A stretch of DNA of 64,000 bases from Felis catus. Taxonomy: Eukaryota. Below the pieces are notes generated by a model. It was not told the DNA's origin, ran no database searches, and saw only the letters and a program-made list of their open reading frames with translations. This document shows, in pieces, positions 49,941-63,547 of this stretch (its first letter is position 1; each line of letters opens with the position of its first letter). Made by a program: the position numbers and the translations under genes. The stretch covers positions 70,246,001 through 70,310,000 of the forward strand of contig NC_058376.1 of NCBI RefSeq assembly GCF_018350175.1, given 5' to 3'.

Positions 49941-51724
49941 GTTAAACTGATAAACTCAGAAACAGGTGCTCAGGCTTTCACCTTATCCTTCAGCAGAGCT
50001 GGTTCTGAACTTACCAGTAGCAGTTGGGGAGCTTCCCCTGACAGAGCGTGAGAAGGGACAGGTGGCCTTGAGCTGGGCCACGATGAATGGATTAAGACTG
50101 GAATGGTTTATAGGCAAGAGGAGAGGCGGTCTTCATGTAAAAGGCAATAGAAAGAGCATGTCTAACGCGGACAGAGAACAGTGCTAGCAAGGCACGGCAC
50201 TAAATTACCTTGTTAACTCACTTAATTGTCCCCCAAACCCTACTGTTATCCGGATGAGAAAACTGACGCACAGAGGTGTTAACTTGCCAGAAGAAGTGAC
50301 AGACCTGGGATGCCAGTCCAAGGGTTCAGAATGCCTTTACTGAAAACAGAAGCAGTTAAGGAGTAAAGAGCAAAGTGGCAGCTCCCAGAGGCCAGGCAGG
50401 AGATAGTTCTGACTGCCCAGATTAAGGAGTTTGCAATTTAATATGCATGCCCCTTTCCCCTCCCACACTCTGCCGGGGTGGTGCCCTGATGCCCAAGGAT
50501 GTAAACTTCCTCTTGGAGTATACTGGGCCTAGATGAAAAGCTCCAAATTTCACTGAAGGCCAGGATTTTGTCCTTAAACTGCATGCAAACATTGGATTCT
50601 ACAATATCCCCATGTTTGTTCTGATGTAAAAATCGTACTTATCCCCAAATATTTTCCAAGAGAATTGGTGCTGCAGAGCGCCCCCCCCCCTCCGGCCCCC
50701 TTCGAGGTCTATCTAGTGTCTTCCTGCCTCTCAGGGGAATGGCCTTGGGAGCTACTCTTATCCAACCTTGGGAGGCAATGGTCATAAATAATGGGAAGCT
50801 AGAGAAGACAGTTTGAACCGGGAGCTGTCATGTGCCAAGTGGTGATTTCAGATTTGTCTGGTAGAGATGGAAAGATGGATTAGATGGAAGTAAAGTTAAG
50901 TCTCAAAAACTGGGTAAATATTGCACTGATAAGTACAGTAATTTGTACATATCAAGCATTCTGTGAGTTTAGGCCTTTTGATGTCCGATCTTCTGTGCAT
51001 CACTTCCCCCACCCCCAACACAGTGTTTCCCAGTTCAGACCCAATTTGCTTACGTGAAATAAGCTAGACACAAAAGGAAAAATATTGTGTGATTCTGCTG
51101 ATATAAGAAACCTAAAATAGGCCAATTCTTAGAGTCAGGACGTATAATAGCAGTTACTAGGGGCTGGAGAGAGGGGGGAATGGGGAGTTATTAATGGGTA
51201 CAGGCCTAACACAGACCTCTGTTTACCAGGACTGCACCTGGAAAGTGCTGCAATCAAGTCTGCCCCTATCCCATCCCACCTGGTAGTTCCCAGCCTGCCC
51301 AGACCTGCCATAAGCCGCTGAGTCCCAAATGATGACAACATTCTTCCATGCTCCATTATCTTAGAACTATTTTGCAAATGCCTTTTCTAATTCCTCTGAA
51401 GCTTTTTGTTTCTAGTTTGTGCCTTTTACCCTGTCCTAGAACTCTTCATTTCATTATGCTGGGGGATGGAAGTGCCCTTCAAATGCTTTGCCTTCCTCTA
51501 AGGGGCAGAGTCAGGGTGTATAGATGCACCTGCTCAGAAAGGGAGACCCGCAGCAGTGCCCAAGGTGTCTGGAACGGCTTCCCTTCTGCTGGGAGCACAT
51601 CCCATTGCCAATCACTGCTGAGCTGCCGGGCCCAAAGGAGACCCCTGGTTGGCTTGGGGTTCACTCTCAAGGTTTGAGCAAGGATAACCCAGAGAAATGT
51701 TATGTGTCTTCTAGTGTTAAAACA

Positions 51725-52608
51725 AGGTTAGTTCTTCAAAAAGTTAAACACAGAGGGGCACCTGGGTGGCTCAGTCGGTTAAGCCTCCGACTTCAGCTCA
51801 GGTCATGATCCCACAGTCTGTGAGTTCGAGCCCCGCGTCAGGCTCTGGGCTGATGGCTCAGAACCTGGAGCCTGTTTCAGATTCTGTGTCTCCCTCTCCC
51901 TCTGCCCCTCCCCCACTCATGCTCTTTCTCTCTCTGTGTGTGTGTCAAAAATAAATAAACATTTAAAAAAGTTAAACACAGAATTACCCATATGATCCAG
52001 CAACTGCTGTTCTGGGGATATACCCAGAGTAATTTAAAAAAAAAAAAAAAAAAAAGGACTAAAACAGCTGTATACCCGTGTTCAAAGCAGCAGTATTCAA
52101 AATAGCCAAAAGGTGGAAACAACTCAGATGTCCATGGACAGATGAGTGAATAAACAAAATGTAGTATCTACATACACTGGACTATTATTTAGCCTTAGAA
52201 AGGAATTCAATTCTGACACGTGCTATAACACAGATAAACTGTGGGGCATCTGGGTGGGTCAGTCTGTTGAGCATCACACTTTAGCTCAGGTCATAATATC
52301 ACAGTTTGTGGGTTGGAGCCCTGCATCAGGCTGTGTGCTGACTGCTTGCTCAGAGCCTGGAGGCTGCTTCAGATTCTGTGTCTCCTTCTCTCTCTGCCCC
52401 TCCCCCACTCACGCTTTGTCTCACTCTGTTTCTCAAAAATAAATAAATGTAAAAAAAAAAATTAAAAAAAACACAGATAAACTGTGACAACATGCTGAGT
52501 GAAATAAGCAAGACACAAAGGACAAATATTATACGATTCTACATATTTGAGGTATCGAGAATAGGCCAATTCATAGAGCAGGGAGGGATGGGGAATTATT
52601 AATTAATG
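51725..52608 (+). mobile_element. Old L1 3' fragment with nested CAN-SINEs (51755-51965, 52243-52470)
   Basis: TSDs aaaaagttaaacacaga and acacagataaactgtg; L1 motifs continue across both insertions. Confidence 0.88.
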
Positions 52609-52800
52609 NNNNNNNNNNNNNNNNNNNNNNNNNNNNNNNNNNNNNNNNNNNNNNNNNNNNNNNNNNNNNNNNNNNNNNNNNNNNNNNNNNNNNNNNNNNN
52701 NNNNNNNNNNNNNNNNNNNNNNNNNNNNNNNNNNNNNNNNNNNNNNNNNNNNNNNNNNNNNNNNNNNNNNNNNNNNNNNNNNNNNNNNNNNNNNNNNNNN

Positions 52801-52985
52801 GGGACAGAGAGAGACAGAGCATGAATGGGGGAGGGGCAGAGAGAGAGGGAGACACAGAATCAGAAACAGGCTCCAGGTTCTGAGCCATCAGCCCAGAGCC
52901 TGACGCGGGGCTCGAACTCCCAGACCGCAAGATCGTGACCTGGCTGAAGTCGGACGCTTAACCGACTGCGCCACCCAGGCGCCCC
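52801..52985 (-). mobile_element. Young CAN-SINE (tail in N gap)
   Basis: CpG-intact reverse consensus cttaaccgactgcgccacccaggcgcccc. Confidence 0.92.
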
Positions 52986-53403
52986 TTGCCATAATTTAAA
53001 AAAAATAGTTAAAAAATCAGATTAGTTAAAACTTTTCTAATTCACAATTCAGATTTACATGCCAACTCATTCCCATAGTGAGTTGGCACATTGTGAAATT
53101 CAATCTATAATCCAGATCAAAAAATTTTTGCCGATACCTACTTGTAATTTAATATGCAGGTCATTATTCAAGGTGAGAGGAGACGACAACAACACTGGGG
53201 TGTTCACCTTAGTTTAGATAATATGCTTCATTTCCTCTGCTTTTAACAGTCCTGCCTAGGATTTGTCACAGTGCAAGTAATGAGTGACCCTGGTGACAGA
53301 ATGTTACAAAATTCCTTTGTAGCAATTAATAGGACTATGAAACATGTACAACATTTTCTTTAAAGTTAATATTAACTTTTTATCTTAAAAATACCAAATT
53401 CTA

Positions 53404-53569
53404 GGGGTGGCTGGGTGGCTCAGTCGGTTGGGCGTTCAACTTCGGCTCGGGCATGATCTCACAGTTCACGAGCTGGAGCCCTGTGTCAGGCTCTGTGCTG
53501 ACAGGTCAGAGCCTGGAGCCTGCTTCAGATTCTGTCTCTCCCTCTCTCTCTGTCCCTCCCCCACTCGCA

Positions 53570-53614
<45 letters not shown>

Positions 53615-53855
53615 AAATAAAGTAAACATTGAAAATTTAAAAAAAATACCAAATTATATTTCTTTAAAAAAATATTTATTAGTTTTTGGGAGAGCACAAA
53701 TGGGGGGACGAGCAAAGAGAGGCGAACAGAGGATCTGAAGGGGGCTGATAGGCTGACAGCAGCAGGCCCAATGTGGGGTCAAACCCACAAACCGCGAGAT
53801 CATGATCTGAGCTGAAGTCAGATGCTCAACCAACTGAGCCACCCAGGTGCCTCCC
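53404..53855. mobile_element. Tail-to-tail inverted CAN-SINE pair (plus 53404-53641, minus about 53660-53855)
   Basis: TSD aaaaataccaaatt for the first; ccaaatt..atttcttt for the second. Confidence 0.88.
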
Positions 53856-55829
53856 CAAATTCAATTTCTTTTTATAGGAAAATGTTCTTTATACGTTTTT
53901 CTCCTCCTGTGCACCATGGTCCTGGGGTTAGGAAAATATAACCCCTATACTGGCTCTCAGAGTTTACAGCCACTAGGGGACCACCAAGGACATAGCTAGA
54001 GGCAATGTCGAGGTAATGGGTACACACGGGAGATGGGCACATGACAAGCCGTGGTGAGCACACCAGGCTCCATTTTGGTGAAAATAGCCTACGATGTTAA
54101 CTGGCCTATAGTAGATCCCTGTTATTTTTGTTTGTTTTTGGGTTAAGCACTCACATTGGGGTTATGCCAAGCCTGAGGTGGATAGAATTTCACATGAAGA
54201 AATGGAATACAAAACAGGTCTTGACAGAAATTTTCAACAATAAGGAATGGGCTTTCTGTTTGTTGTTGCTCTTAATGTAAAAATGTAGCCATAAGTCATA
54301 GAAATGTCACATTTCTCTGAGGCTAAGAAGCATATGCAAGCATTTTAAACTCATTTATGAAGTAGCTAGCATGCTCTTGCTAAATAAGCTGCATGTTTTC
54401 AGCCCTCGTCCTGTTCATATAATTATCAATTCTGAAAACACTCATTATTGTATCTTCCTGAGAGCAATTTTTCAAAGGTTAGTTTTGAAAATATTTTTAA
54501 GATTATCTATTCCAGAGGGAATATCTGTTTTCTGGCTTTCATGAACTGAAACATTTAAAAATAATATCCATAAATTAAATTACAGTGAAAGTTGTTATGT
54601 TTTTCAACTAATTTTGGCATGTGTGTTTTCTTTTCAGAAAACTTTTCTTTAAAATTATCCGTAGGGCTTGGACCCCGAGGAGACTGCTGGAGTCCTTCCC
54701 TAAATGTGCCTTCTCCACGCCAGCAAAGCCATCACGATATGTTTCTTTCTTTCTAGAAGTTACTTCACACCACCTAAAGGCATGGATTCTTTTCCAGTTG
54801 TTTCAATAAAATTACAATGAATGAATACAAGCACACACACACACACACACACACCCCACACACCTTTTAAATTAATCACGTCTAGAGACCTGGAGAGTAA
54901 GTGGCAAGAAAAAAGGAGAGAGCAGGGGATGGGGGGGAAGGGGCACAGAGCAGGTGCGGTCCACACAGATGTGGCCTGGGGAAATGCCACAGAGTAGGAG
55001 GATGGGACAGAAGGCAGTGAACACAGGCAGGGACGGAGACATCTGAAGACAGGAGGGAAGAAGCCAGTAACTTGGGAATGCTCCTGGAAGCTGAGCATTG
55101 GCCACCTGAGAACCACCTTCTTTTTACCCTCCTTTTCACCTACACTCCATTCCCTTACTTTCCACCTCCCACTTTCTTCTTGTCTCTCTCTCCTGCCTTG
55201 TGTTAGCGCTATCAGCGGTCCTTAAGACAATGCTTAGCTAGAAGATCAGCAGCTTTTCAAAAGGTAGGACAAGCTTCTGACCCCCTGTGTCTTTCTGGGG
55301 GGCCAGGTGGGGGTGGGGTGGGGGCATGGAGATGAGTAACTGCTTGGGGACAGGGTCTACAGGAAGCCAAGGGCCAATAGCACTGCAACAAGCATCAGGC
55401 TACTGCCTGGGATCCAACTTTGGCCTGTGTGCAGGGCCTGCCGCCCTTCTGTGGAATATAGCTCTTCATATATAATTGCTAGTGGAGGAAAACTAGCAAT
55501 CTGGGCTCCAAATCAGAAGAACTGAGTTCCAGTCTCAATGCCATAACCTAGCTGAGCAGCCGTGCAACGGCCTGCCCCTCTTTGGACCACAGTTTGCTCA
55601 CGTGGAAAGAGAAGACTCTAGTCCATGCCAGACCTGGTTCTGTAATTACTACTTGTGAAGTCAAATGTGTTTGGCACTTGGCAGCAGGCTCTGCTTTACA
55701 TAACCTGTTGTACCAACTGAAAGTTGTCCTTCAAAAAACCACTGCCCTTTAACAGAGGGTGCAAGGCCTGTGGGAAGACAGTGAAGATCTGTCTTGAGAA
55801 TGGACTCTGAAGATGGTCACCCCACCTCT

Positions 55830-56040
55830 TAAACAATTTTTTTAGATGTTTGTTTATTTTTGAGACAGTAGAGTCAGGGAGGAGCATGGAGGAGGGGCGG
55901 AGAGAGGGGGAGACAGAGGATCCAAAGCAGAATTCAGGTTAACAGCAGAGAGCCTGATGTGAGGCTTGAACCCATGAACCATGAAATTATGCCCCGAGCC
56001 GAAGTCAGACGCTTGACCGACTGAGCCACCCAGGCACCCC
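55830..56040 (-). mobile_element. CAN-SINE
   Basis: Reverse consensus; TSD cacctctt. Confidence 0.9.
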
Positions 56041-58489
56041 TGATGCACCTCTTTAAATGATGTCCCAGGATCTTCCATAAGCCCCCTAGCTAAGATACTC
56101 TGATTGTTTAATCATTAATCACAGCAAATTCTTCATTCCATGTAAACCCAAGCTCCTTCTTCGACAGTTTCCTTTTCCCTGGCTTCAGTAGAGATAAGTC
56201 ACTGTCTGCTCTAACATTTCAGAGATCATGAAATAAGCCACGATGCCTGCAGTGGCCACCTGAGGTCCCTCCTGGGTTCAACTAAACATTCAGACCACAA
56301 GCCTTCCAGAGGCCACACTTGACTTTAGTCAGAAAATGTGGCTAGGAATCCCAGCTGACCAGCCTGGCACTATCCACAGTTCATCACATGGAGTTCTGGT
56401 GTTAGCCTAGCGTCGCGGTCAGCTCAGGTAGGAAAGAAGGGCCTTGTTGCACTGTAGGAGATTTGCTGGCTTTCCAGCTTCCTCACAAAGACACGGTTCA
56501 AAAAGTTGCCACGCTCAGCCCCAAAGGATGGTGCCCAGCCAGGTATGTATAGTTCATACAAATCCTCACTGTAAAACATGCCTTATTCTCCCCTTTTGGA
56601 CTGGGGCTTAGAGAAGTGATAAGTGAGAGAGCCAAGATCTCCTGACTCCAGGGACCATTCTTCTTTCTACTACATCACAGCTGCCTCATTTGGAATTTCT
56701 GATCTTCAGTGTGACTACGACATAGTCTTGACATAATTTGAGTGTATTTTAAAGAAATACACGGTAATATTGTAATATTTTCTAAAGTGCAATAGGTAGT
56801 CTTACGATTATTTTAGAAAATGTTTGTATGCAGGTTAAATTAGTAAATACATCTGAAAATTCCTGGTACATGGTAGGCATTCAGTAATTATTAATTGAAT
56901 ACTTCCTCAATTTGGGAGATCCCTGAATGACTTCTAAGGGCAATAGCTTTGACCTACAAGTCTAAGTCATGTTAAACAGATGGCCCCTCCAGGGTTACAG
57001 CAGGCCTTTGGTCACAAGAGCTCTATGCTGTATAGCTGTCCTTCCAGCACTCGTCCCCAACCACAATTAAATCCTCACTGACAGCAAACACAGGGCCTTT
57101 CACCCTCAGATCAACAGGCCAAAATGTAATTAGCTGAGGGGTGTGTGGCTCTTAGACGAGGTCACCCAAATCACTGTTTTCCAAGTGGCGCGGAAGGACG
57201 GAGCCAAGTCAGACCCGAGGCAGGATACTCACAGGCCTTAACTTGAGCAAGCTGGGCTCCTTCCTTCCAAAGAGACCACGGAGGGCTTGCAAGTTATCTA
57301 CATCAGAAGATGTGGTCAATGCCTTACTAATTATAGTTGTTTAGCCTGCTCTTTAGAAAAAGAAGATGGGATACATACTTGGTATAACTGAAAGACCAGG
57401 AATCCAGTGATTATGTGACACGCAAGGCCCTTCGACCCCCCACCCAGCGTTTCTGCCTCGTAAACACACTCTCACCTTTGCATGTTGGTGTTTCTTCCTC
57501 GCAGAAGGCCTTATCCCTTCTCTCTTCCGACTAGTCAACTCTGACTCATCCCTCGATACTTAGTCCAAACGTTCCAGAACTGACCTGTGCAGAATGTTTT
57601 CCTTCTCTCACCTGAAGGCAGAAGAAAATTCTTCCATTGGACCATATGTCATGACTGTGGGCTCAGAAAATCAGGTCTGCAGGAATTATTAAGCCTTTGA
57701 TGATTTGTCCCAGGCTTCTTTGAGTAAAAGAACACACATTTCATAGACTGGAGGTTGAGGGGAAGGCCCCTATGCTGTGCCCCAGGCCTTTCCTCAACCT
57801 CATTCCCTTAAAAAAACAGCCAGACCTGCTCACCTCATGAAAGCTGATGAAAGAGACTTCCTATTGGTGGCATTTTGTACTTCTACCTTAACTGAAGAAT
57901 TTTTCAGTGAAAATGAATTTCCTTTTTCTATTTTGGAAAATTACCATGAAATAAAAAATCGGTTGTATCTGAACAGTTGTATCAAATTTTATGCACAATG
58001 TTGTTAACATGACTTCAACACTCAGCTTAGAGCCAAGGAAGGGAACCACGTATGATCTCTAATGACCCAGGGAAAATGATGCAAATATTACTAGAGTGAG
58101 ATTACAAGAGTCATATTCATGTTTCTCTGGCACAAGAGTGAGGATTGAAGAGACCAAGAAGTCAAGGGGAAATTATTTAGTATTAGCGCATTCAAACTTA
58201 ATTTCAAAGGAGTCTTTTGAAAGCGCCGCCCTACCAGAGGTGGGGTTTTTTGCAAGTCAGAGGATACAGCGCCACCTACTGGCCATGGGATTTGCCCAGC
58301 TGCTAGGAAGGGTCGGGGGGACTTTGGTTCAGGGGAAAAACTGCCCCAGAGATTTGAATCTCAAGCCAGTTTGGTGTTGACGGCAACTGGTGGTTGCTTC
58401 TTGGGCACAACGGACTCTCGGGAAGGAATTGGAAATGATGCGATCTGGGTTCTGGCTCTGAGGAGCCAAACCACTCACTGATCTAAAAT

Positions 58490-58650
58490 AGTGGTTCTCA
58501 AAATCTGCCGCACATTCAAGTCACCTGGGGGCCTTAACGATCCTGATAGGCTGCCCTAGACCAGTGAAGTGCTCTGGGATGGGCCCCAGGCATCAGTGAG
58601 TTTTCAATCTCCTCAGGTGACTCCAACGGACAGCTGAGACCTGCTGTTGA
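58490..58650. mobile_element. MER5-like hAT DNA transposon relic
   Basis: agtggttctcaaa...cacattcaagtcacctggg...ctcctcaggtgact resembles MER5A/B. Confidence 0.6.
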
Positions 58651-60049
58651 CAGCCAGTGTCCCATCTCCAGCCGGTTTCCCCCAGTGCTGACCCCAGAGA
58701 AACTTTGGCGCGAAGAACAGAATAACATGTACATGTTCCTGCCCTGTCTTAGGGCTGTGATCAGAGAATGCCTCCCTGAAGGTCTGAGAGGACCCTGTGT
58801 GAGAGTCCGCCCCCCACTTACAAAAATAACTTTGTTGAGGTATAACTGACATACAATAAACTGGAAATATGTCACGTGTGCAACTGGACAAGTTTTGATA
58901 TAGCCGTGAAACCATCACCACAATGAACCGTCACCATATAACACATTCTTCAAGACTGAGCTGGGAGAGTCTGTTTCACACTGCTGTTTCACAGTCATTT
59001 AATATTCCGTGCCAGGCATTGTGCTGGGGAGAAGGAAACACGGACTCGCCATGCACCACCCCTTTCCTGGGGGAGCTGGCTTCGGGGCATAGCTGGGATG
59101 TGAAGGAGGCATGCCTCTACCTGAGAGCACTGGTAGGGGAAGACAGGATTCAGGGAAGCTGGTCAGAGGGGATTGATGGTTTAGCCAATGAAGACAGATG
59201 GAGAGGATTGTTAGCAGTTTGAAGGAAAGGGGCTTTCTAAGCGCAGGGAACAGCGTGAATAGAGAATTGGAGGTACGGAGAGGAGGTGTGTTTGCGGAGC
59301 GACAGCTGGGGCCAGAGTGTCAGTGCCCTGGAAATTAGGCAAAGCTGGAGCAGTTGGTGGTGTGATGGGCCACAAGAGTTTGCCTCAATTCCATGAGCTT
59401 TATTCTCTCAGGGGAGAACCCCCAAAAGCCTGAAGCAGGGGGCATCGTGATCTAATTCGCATCTTAGAAAGTTCATTCTGATAGCCCTCCGAGGTTGCAG
59501 GACAACCAACATGGGAAACCCTTGCAAAGTTCCCAGTGAGCAGAAACAAATGAATCGTAAGTCATATTATGTAAGAATCAAAAGCATCTTTGTACGTGAA
59601 AGCCATTTTTGTAATGTAATGTAATGTAAACATTACACTATACATATTTAGAACAATTTTTTATTTAAACAATAGCAATGAAAGTCTCTGAAAAATGGAT
59701 GATAGTCCAGTCCATGAAGCCCAGAGTTATATGGCCCAGGATGTTTGAGAAGTGATGGAGACTGGCATATGGTGATGGGGGCACAAGGACGGGGCGGGGG
59801 GGGGGGTGTCTGTTTAGAAAAGATGTTCAAATAGCCTACTTCTAGTACTGAATCCAGAATCATCTTCAAATGTAAAGGAGGTAACACACAGATCATCTGT
59901 GATGACAAGTTACAAGGTCAGCCAGTTTTAAGTTACATCTACATAAATTCTGCTGTGAACTGTTGGCTGATGTCTTTATAGGTGTTAGCAGTTCATAAGA
60001 GTGTTTCCTTTATACGGTTTACCACCCAGCCTTGAGAACACGAGAATAA

Positions 60050-60520
60050 ACAAAGTGATACCCGTGAGGAAGCTTTCAACTTCAAAAACAGAAATAACTA
60101 TTCACAGTGGACTAACAGTCAAGTCCAGATGCTTCAGGCATGGTCTGATCAGAGCTCCAGCTCCATTCTTCCTTGGTTCTCTTAGCTCTGTCCTCCTCTA
60201 CATGTCGGCTCAGCAAAACCGAAGCAGTCCGAGGCTTCATACCTTTAAGCCCTCTTTGTCAAGGGAACAAAGGATTTCTCTTCCTCCAAGCTTCCTACCC
60301 AAACTGGGGCTTTTTTCTAATTGCATCCACTTATGCCATGTGCTCACCAAATCAATCACTGGCAAGGGGGATGGGGTTCCACTGATGGGCTTGGGCAAAC
60401 CAAGACCCGCCCTTGGAGCCGGGGGTCAGATCGGTCCTATCCAAAATGCTTGGCTGCTTCATAATGCGAGACAAGTTAAGATGTGCATGGGGAAGCAGCT
60501 GAAAATGTCTATCGCATGAT
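60050..60520. mobile_element. Probable ancient MLT1-type LTR relic
   Basis: aagtccag...gcttcaggcatggtctgatcagagctc...caatcactggcaagggggatgggg; recalled similarity only. Confidence 0.45.
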
Positions 60521-60659
60521 TAAAAATTGCCCTGGGTAGTCTAACAGCCCCTAACAAGGACGGAAGATATCAGTCTTGTTTGTCATGTGTCACGTTTGCT
60601 ATTGAAAGTGAGACTCACTGCTGTGTGCATCCCCAAACGCCCATACACAAGGAGGGACA

Positions 60660-61902
60660 CCGCCTACCAAACACACTTTATTTGTTACCTTTACAGTTAA
60701 TAGTCAAGAACAAATAATAATAACAACAAATAAAAATAACTTGCAAGGGGACCAGACATCAGACATAAACAAGGACACTATTAACAGTAAAGAAAGCCTG
60801 TGCTGGGCATGGCTCTGTGTGGGAGGGCGGCCACTGCTGAGCCTCTGTCCCCAGGGAAGGCCGAGGCCTCCGCGAAGCATCTCTGGACTCTGTATTACAA
60901 GGCTGGACATCTGGATCGGGTCACAAGCTCTCTCTTTCATCAGCAGCAGAACAGAATGTCTGCAATTTCAAAGTGACTTCCAGCTCTTGCTCCTGGGGTT
61001 TTGTCTTCACTCTTGTACGTAGGCTCTGGGTCTCGGGTAGGACATAAGTGGGAGGAAATGTCCGTTCACTCATTGAGGAGGGGATCTGAGGACGAAGGTG
61101 ATCATGCATGCCTGCCTTCATACTCATCCTCCAGGCCCAGACTCCTGCCTCTGTTCCTTCCACTCCTGGTTACATTTTTCTTTCTCCCTGCCTCTACCCA
61201 CTCCTGGCATTTCGACAACTTTAGAATGTACTCCATGGTGGACATTTCTAGTCTGGGCTTTCTAATTAACATCAAAAAGATCCTGGATTCCCAGTCACTT
61301 CTCCTCCAAAAAGCTGAGAGACAGGTCTTCTTTCTGTCCTCTTGGTATGAGACCAGGTCACAAGATCCTGGCAGGTCAAAAGTGATGAAATCCCGTATTC
61401 GAGGGCTAGAAGTAGCATCCTATTTTAACTTGTGAGAGAATAAGCCCGAGAACCTTAAAAGATGGTAGTTCTTCCCACCCCTCCCTGGGATCTCCATACC
61501 TGATGTGTAAGAGTCTCTCAGAATTAGGTCACTGATCAGTAGGCTGTCACAGTAACATTCTCCCAGGTGCAAACAATCCTGGGGAGCTTTCCTCTAGGTT
61601 GGACATGGTTATTGTTGCCAGGAAAAACAAAAACAGAAACCTAACCATTGTACTGATTGGACAAAATCAACTGCCTTACAAGTGCGAATCGCATCTATGT
61701 GCATTTAATCTCATAGGTACTTAGCAAACAAGCATTCACTACAGTCACAGCTTCCACTGAGAGAGGCTAGGTGCTGGGTGGCAGAGAAATACCAAAGGCC
61801 AGATCTTTGTGGCTGCTCACTTGTCCATTAGTCTTTCAGACACTCAAAGTAAAAGCTCGTACACTGGGTTGAGGCCATGGATGGTCCCCAGTTTTTGCCA
61901 TT
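60660..61902 (-). other. MUC13: MUC13 terminal non-coding exon (3'UTR)
   Basis: Strong polypyrimidine acceptor ccctttctctctttttgtctag|AATGG at 61903; following sequence resembles the recalled MUC13 3'UTR; ends near AATAAA. The 3' end is approximate. Confidence 0.75.
60677..60682 (-). terminator. Putative MUC13 polyadenylation signal AATAAA
   Basis: tttatt on + strand; GU-rich sequence follows on the minus strand (gtgtgtttgg...ttgtgtatggg). Confidence 0.65.
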
Positions 61903-62059
61903 CTAGACAAAAAGAGAGAAAGGGAGAGGGGGAGGGAAACTCTTAGAAAGGAACTATTGCAACAGCAACATATGAGAAAATTTAGATCAATAAATTATTA
62001 ACATTACTTTAATTAACATTACTTGAACAGTATTATTCAAGTTAGAATAGTCACTAACC

Positions 62060-62240
62060 TAGGTTTTTATACATATTAGCTTGTTTTTTATCCTATGAGA
62101 TAGGCTTTATTTTGTCCATTTCATAGATGAGAAAACAAACCTGGAGAAGTCAAATAACTTGTCAAAGATCACACAGCTAGCACTAGTAACAAAAGATGCA
62201 AGGCATCGAACTCAGGTCTGACTCTAAATCCCATGCTTAT
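62060..62240 (-). mobile_element. MIR SINE relic
   Basis: ccatttcatagatgagaaaac...taacttgtcaaagatcacacagctag...gaactcaggtctgactc. Confidence 0.7.
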
Positions 62241-62819
62241 TCTACCTCTAAAGGATTCTCTTTAGAGATTATGCTTAAAGTAAAGGCTCCCTGCATAAGG
62301 AGGAAAGGAGGTTTTACTGAATTTGCTGGTTAGGGTTCACCTTGGTGGGAGGGCAGCAGACACTCCCATAGGATGCTCGTTCTTGGCTAGACCACGTGTC
62401 TGACCCAACATGGCACCTTCTTGTACAAGTCAACTGCTTGCACATACATTTACCGTTCAGACTTCCATGACTAAAGAAAACTTTATGTGCAAAACAAATC
62501 ATGGGATTTCAAAATAGAGATAAGGCAAGTTTTCCCAGAATGTCCCTAGAACACTAAGATCCTTGGAGGCAGTGTGCTCACCTGGGCAGTCTGTAGAAGT
62601 GTAATGTGCACAGAGAATGCGGAGCCTATGCTCCCCTTCCTCAGCCCCCCTCTGCCATCCTTCCGTGTCCTCCTCTTCCTTTATCCTCTTTATAATCTAC
62701 TCTTCTGGGTAGGCCTCACTCACACCCCTCCCTCTTTCCCTTCCTCCCCTATTCTTCATCTTTTAAGAACTCATTTCTCTCCTTGCTGTTCTTACCTCTC
62801 TCTTCTCTGGCCCCCTTTT

Positions 62820-62901
62820 CCTCTTCCTCCCTTTCTTCCTTCCTTTTCCTTCCTTCCTTCCTTCCTTCCTTCCTTCCTTCCTTCCTTCCTTCCTTCCTTC
62901 C
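62820..62901 (+). repeat. (TTCC)n microsatellite in a polypyrimidine tract
   Basis: Directly visible; lies in the last MUC13 intron. Confidence 0.95.
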
Positions 62902-63547
62902 AGCTCAGGCCCCTAGTCCCCTTTCCCCATAAAAGTGGCCTCTTACAGTTTTCTTCAGATCACACTAAACAATGCCAGCATGCTTATCCAATACAAATCT
63001 AATGAATACAAGCTATGCGCCTTGAAAATCCTCCCAAGGGAAATAAAGCATCACCAGCCTAACTTGCCTTATCTCTCTAGAAATTGATTGGGTTATGCCT
63101 TGAAGTCTGGGGAGAGGAAAGGAGAAATTTGCCTTTATATGGGCAGGCTGGAAGGAATCCACAGAACCATGTTTTCATCCAACACTTCTTCCCAGGCCTG
63201 ACCTCAGTCCTAGGCCCTTAAACAGCCTAGGAATTTTCATCACAAAGACTGGAGTCATATCTGTAGAAGTTTGTAATTTAAAGGGACCTTGAGGACATCT
63301 AAATTGGGTTTATAGCTGAGGAAATAGAAGGTCAGGGAAATTAAGTGATGTGTCTAAAGTTACATAGATGGTCAGTGTTAGGGACCAAGTGGTGACTGTT
63401 TAGCAATAGGAGGGAACATCCTCTAACTTTTCTCTTTTGATTAGAAAATAAACACAAAAAAGACGGCAAGGCAGCCAGGACTTGAAGATACAATAGCCCA
63501 GTGCCTGCTCTGTCCTGGGCATTTTACTCAAAAGCCAGCTGACTCAC

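Noticed and set aside
59610-59640. (TGTAA)n followed by inverted cattaca
   Set aside because: Very short low-complexity hairpin, compatible with chance.
60001-60519. 172-aa ORF downstream of MUC13
   Set aside because: Non-ATG start, overlaps a probable MLT-type LTR relic, no protein-family signal.
49940-60660. MUC13-ITGB5 read-through fusion (tandem genes about 11 kb apart)
   Set aside because: A canonical poly(A) signal is present and the MUC13 stop precedes its last donor; nothing in the sequence supports a fusion protein.
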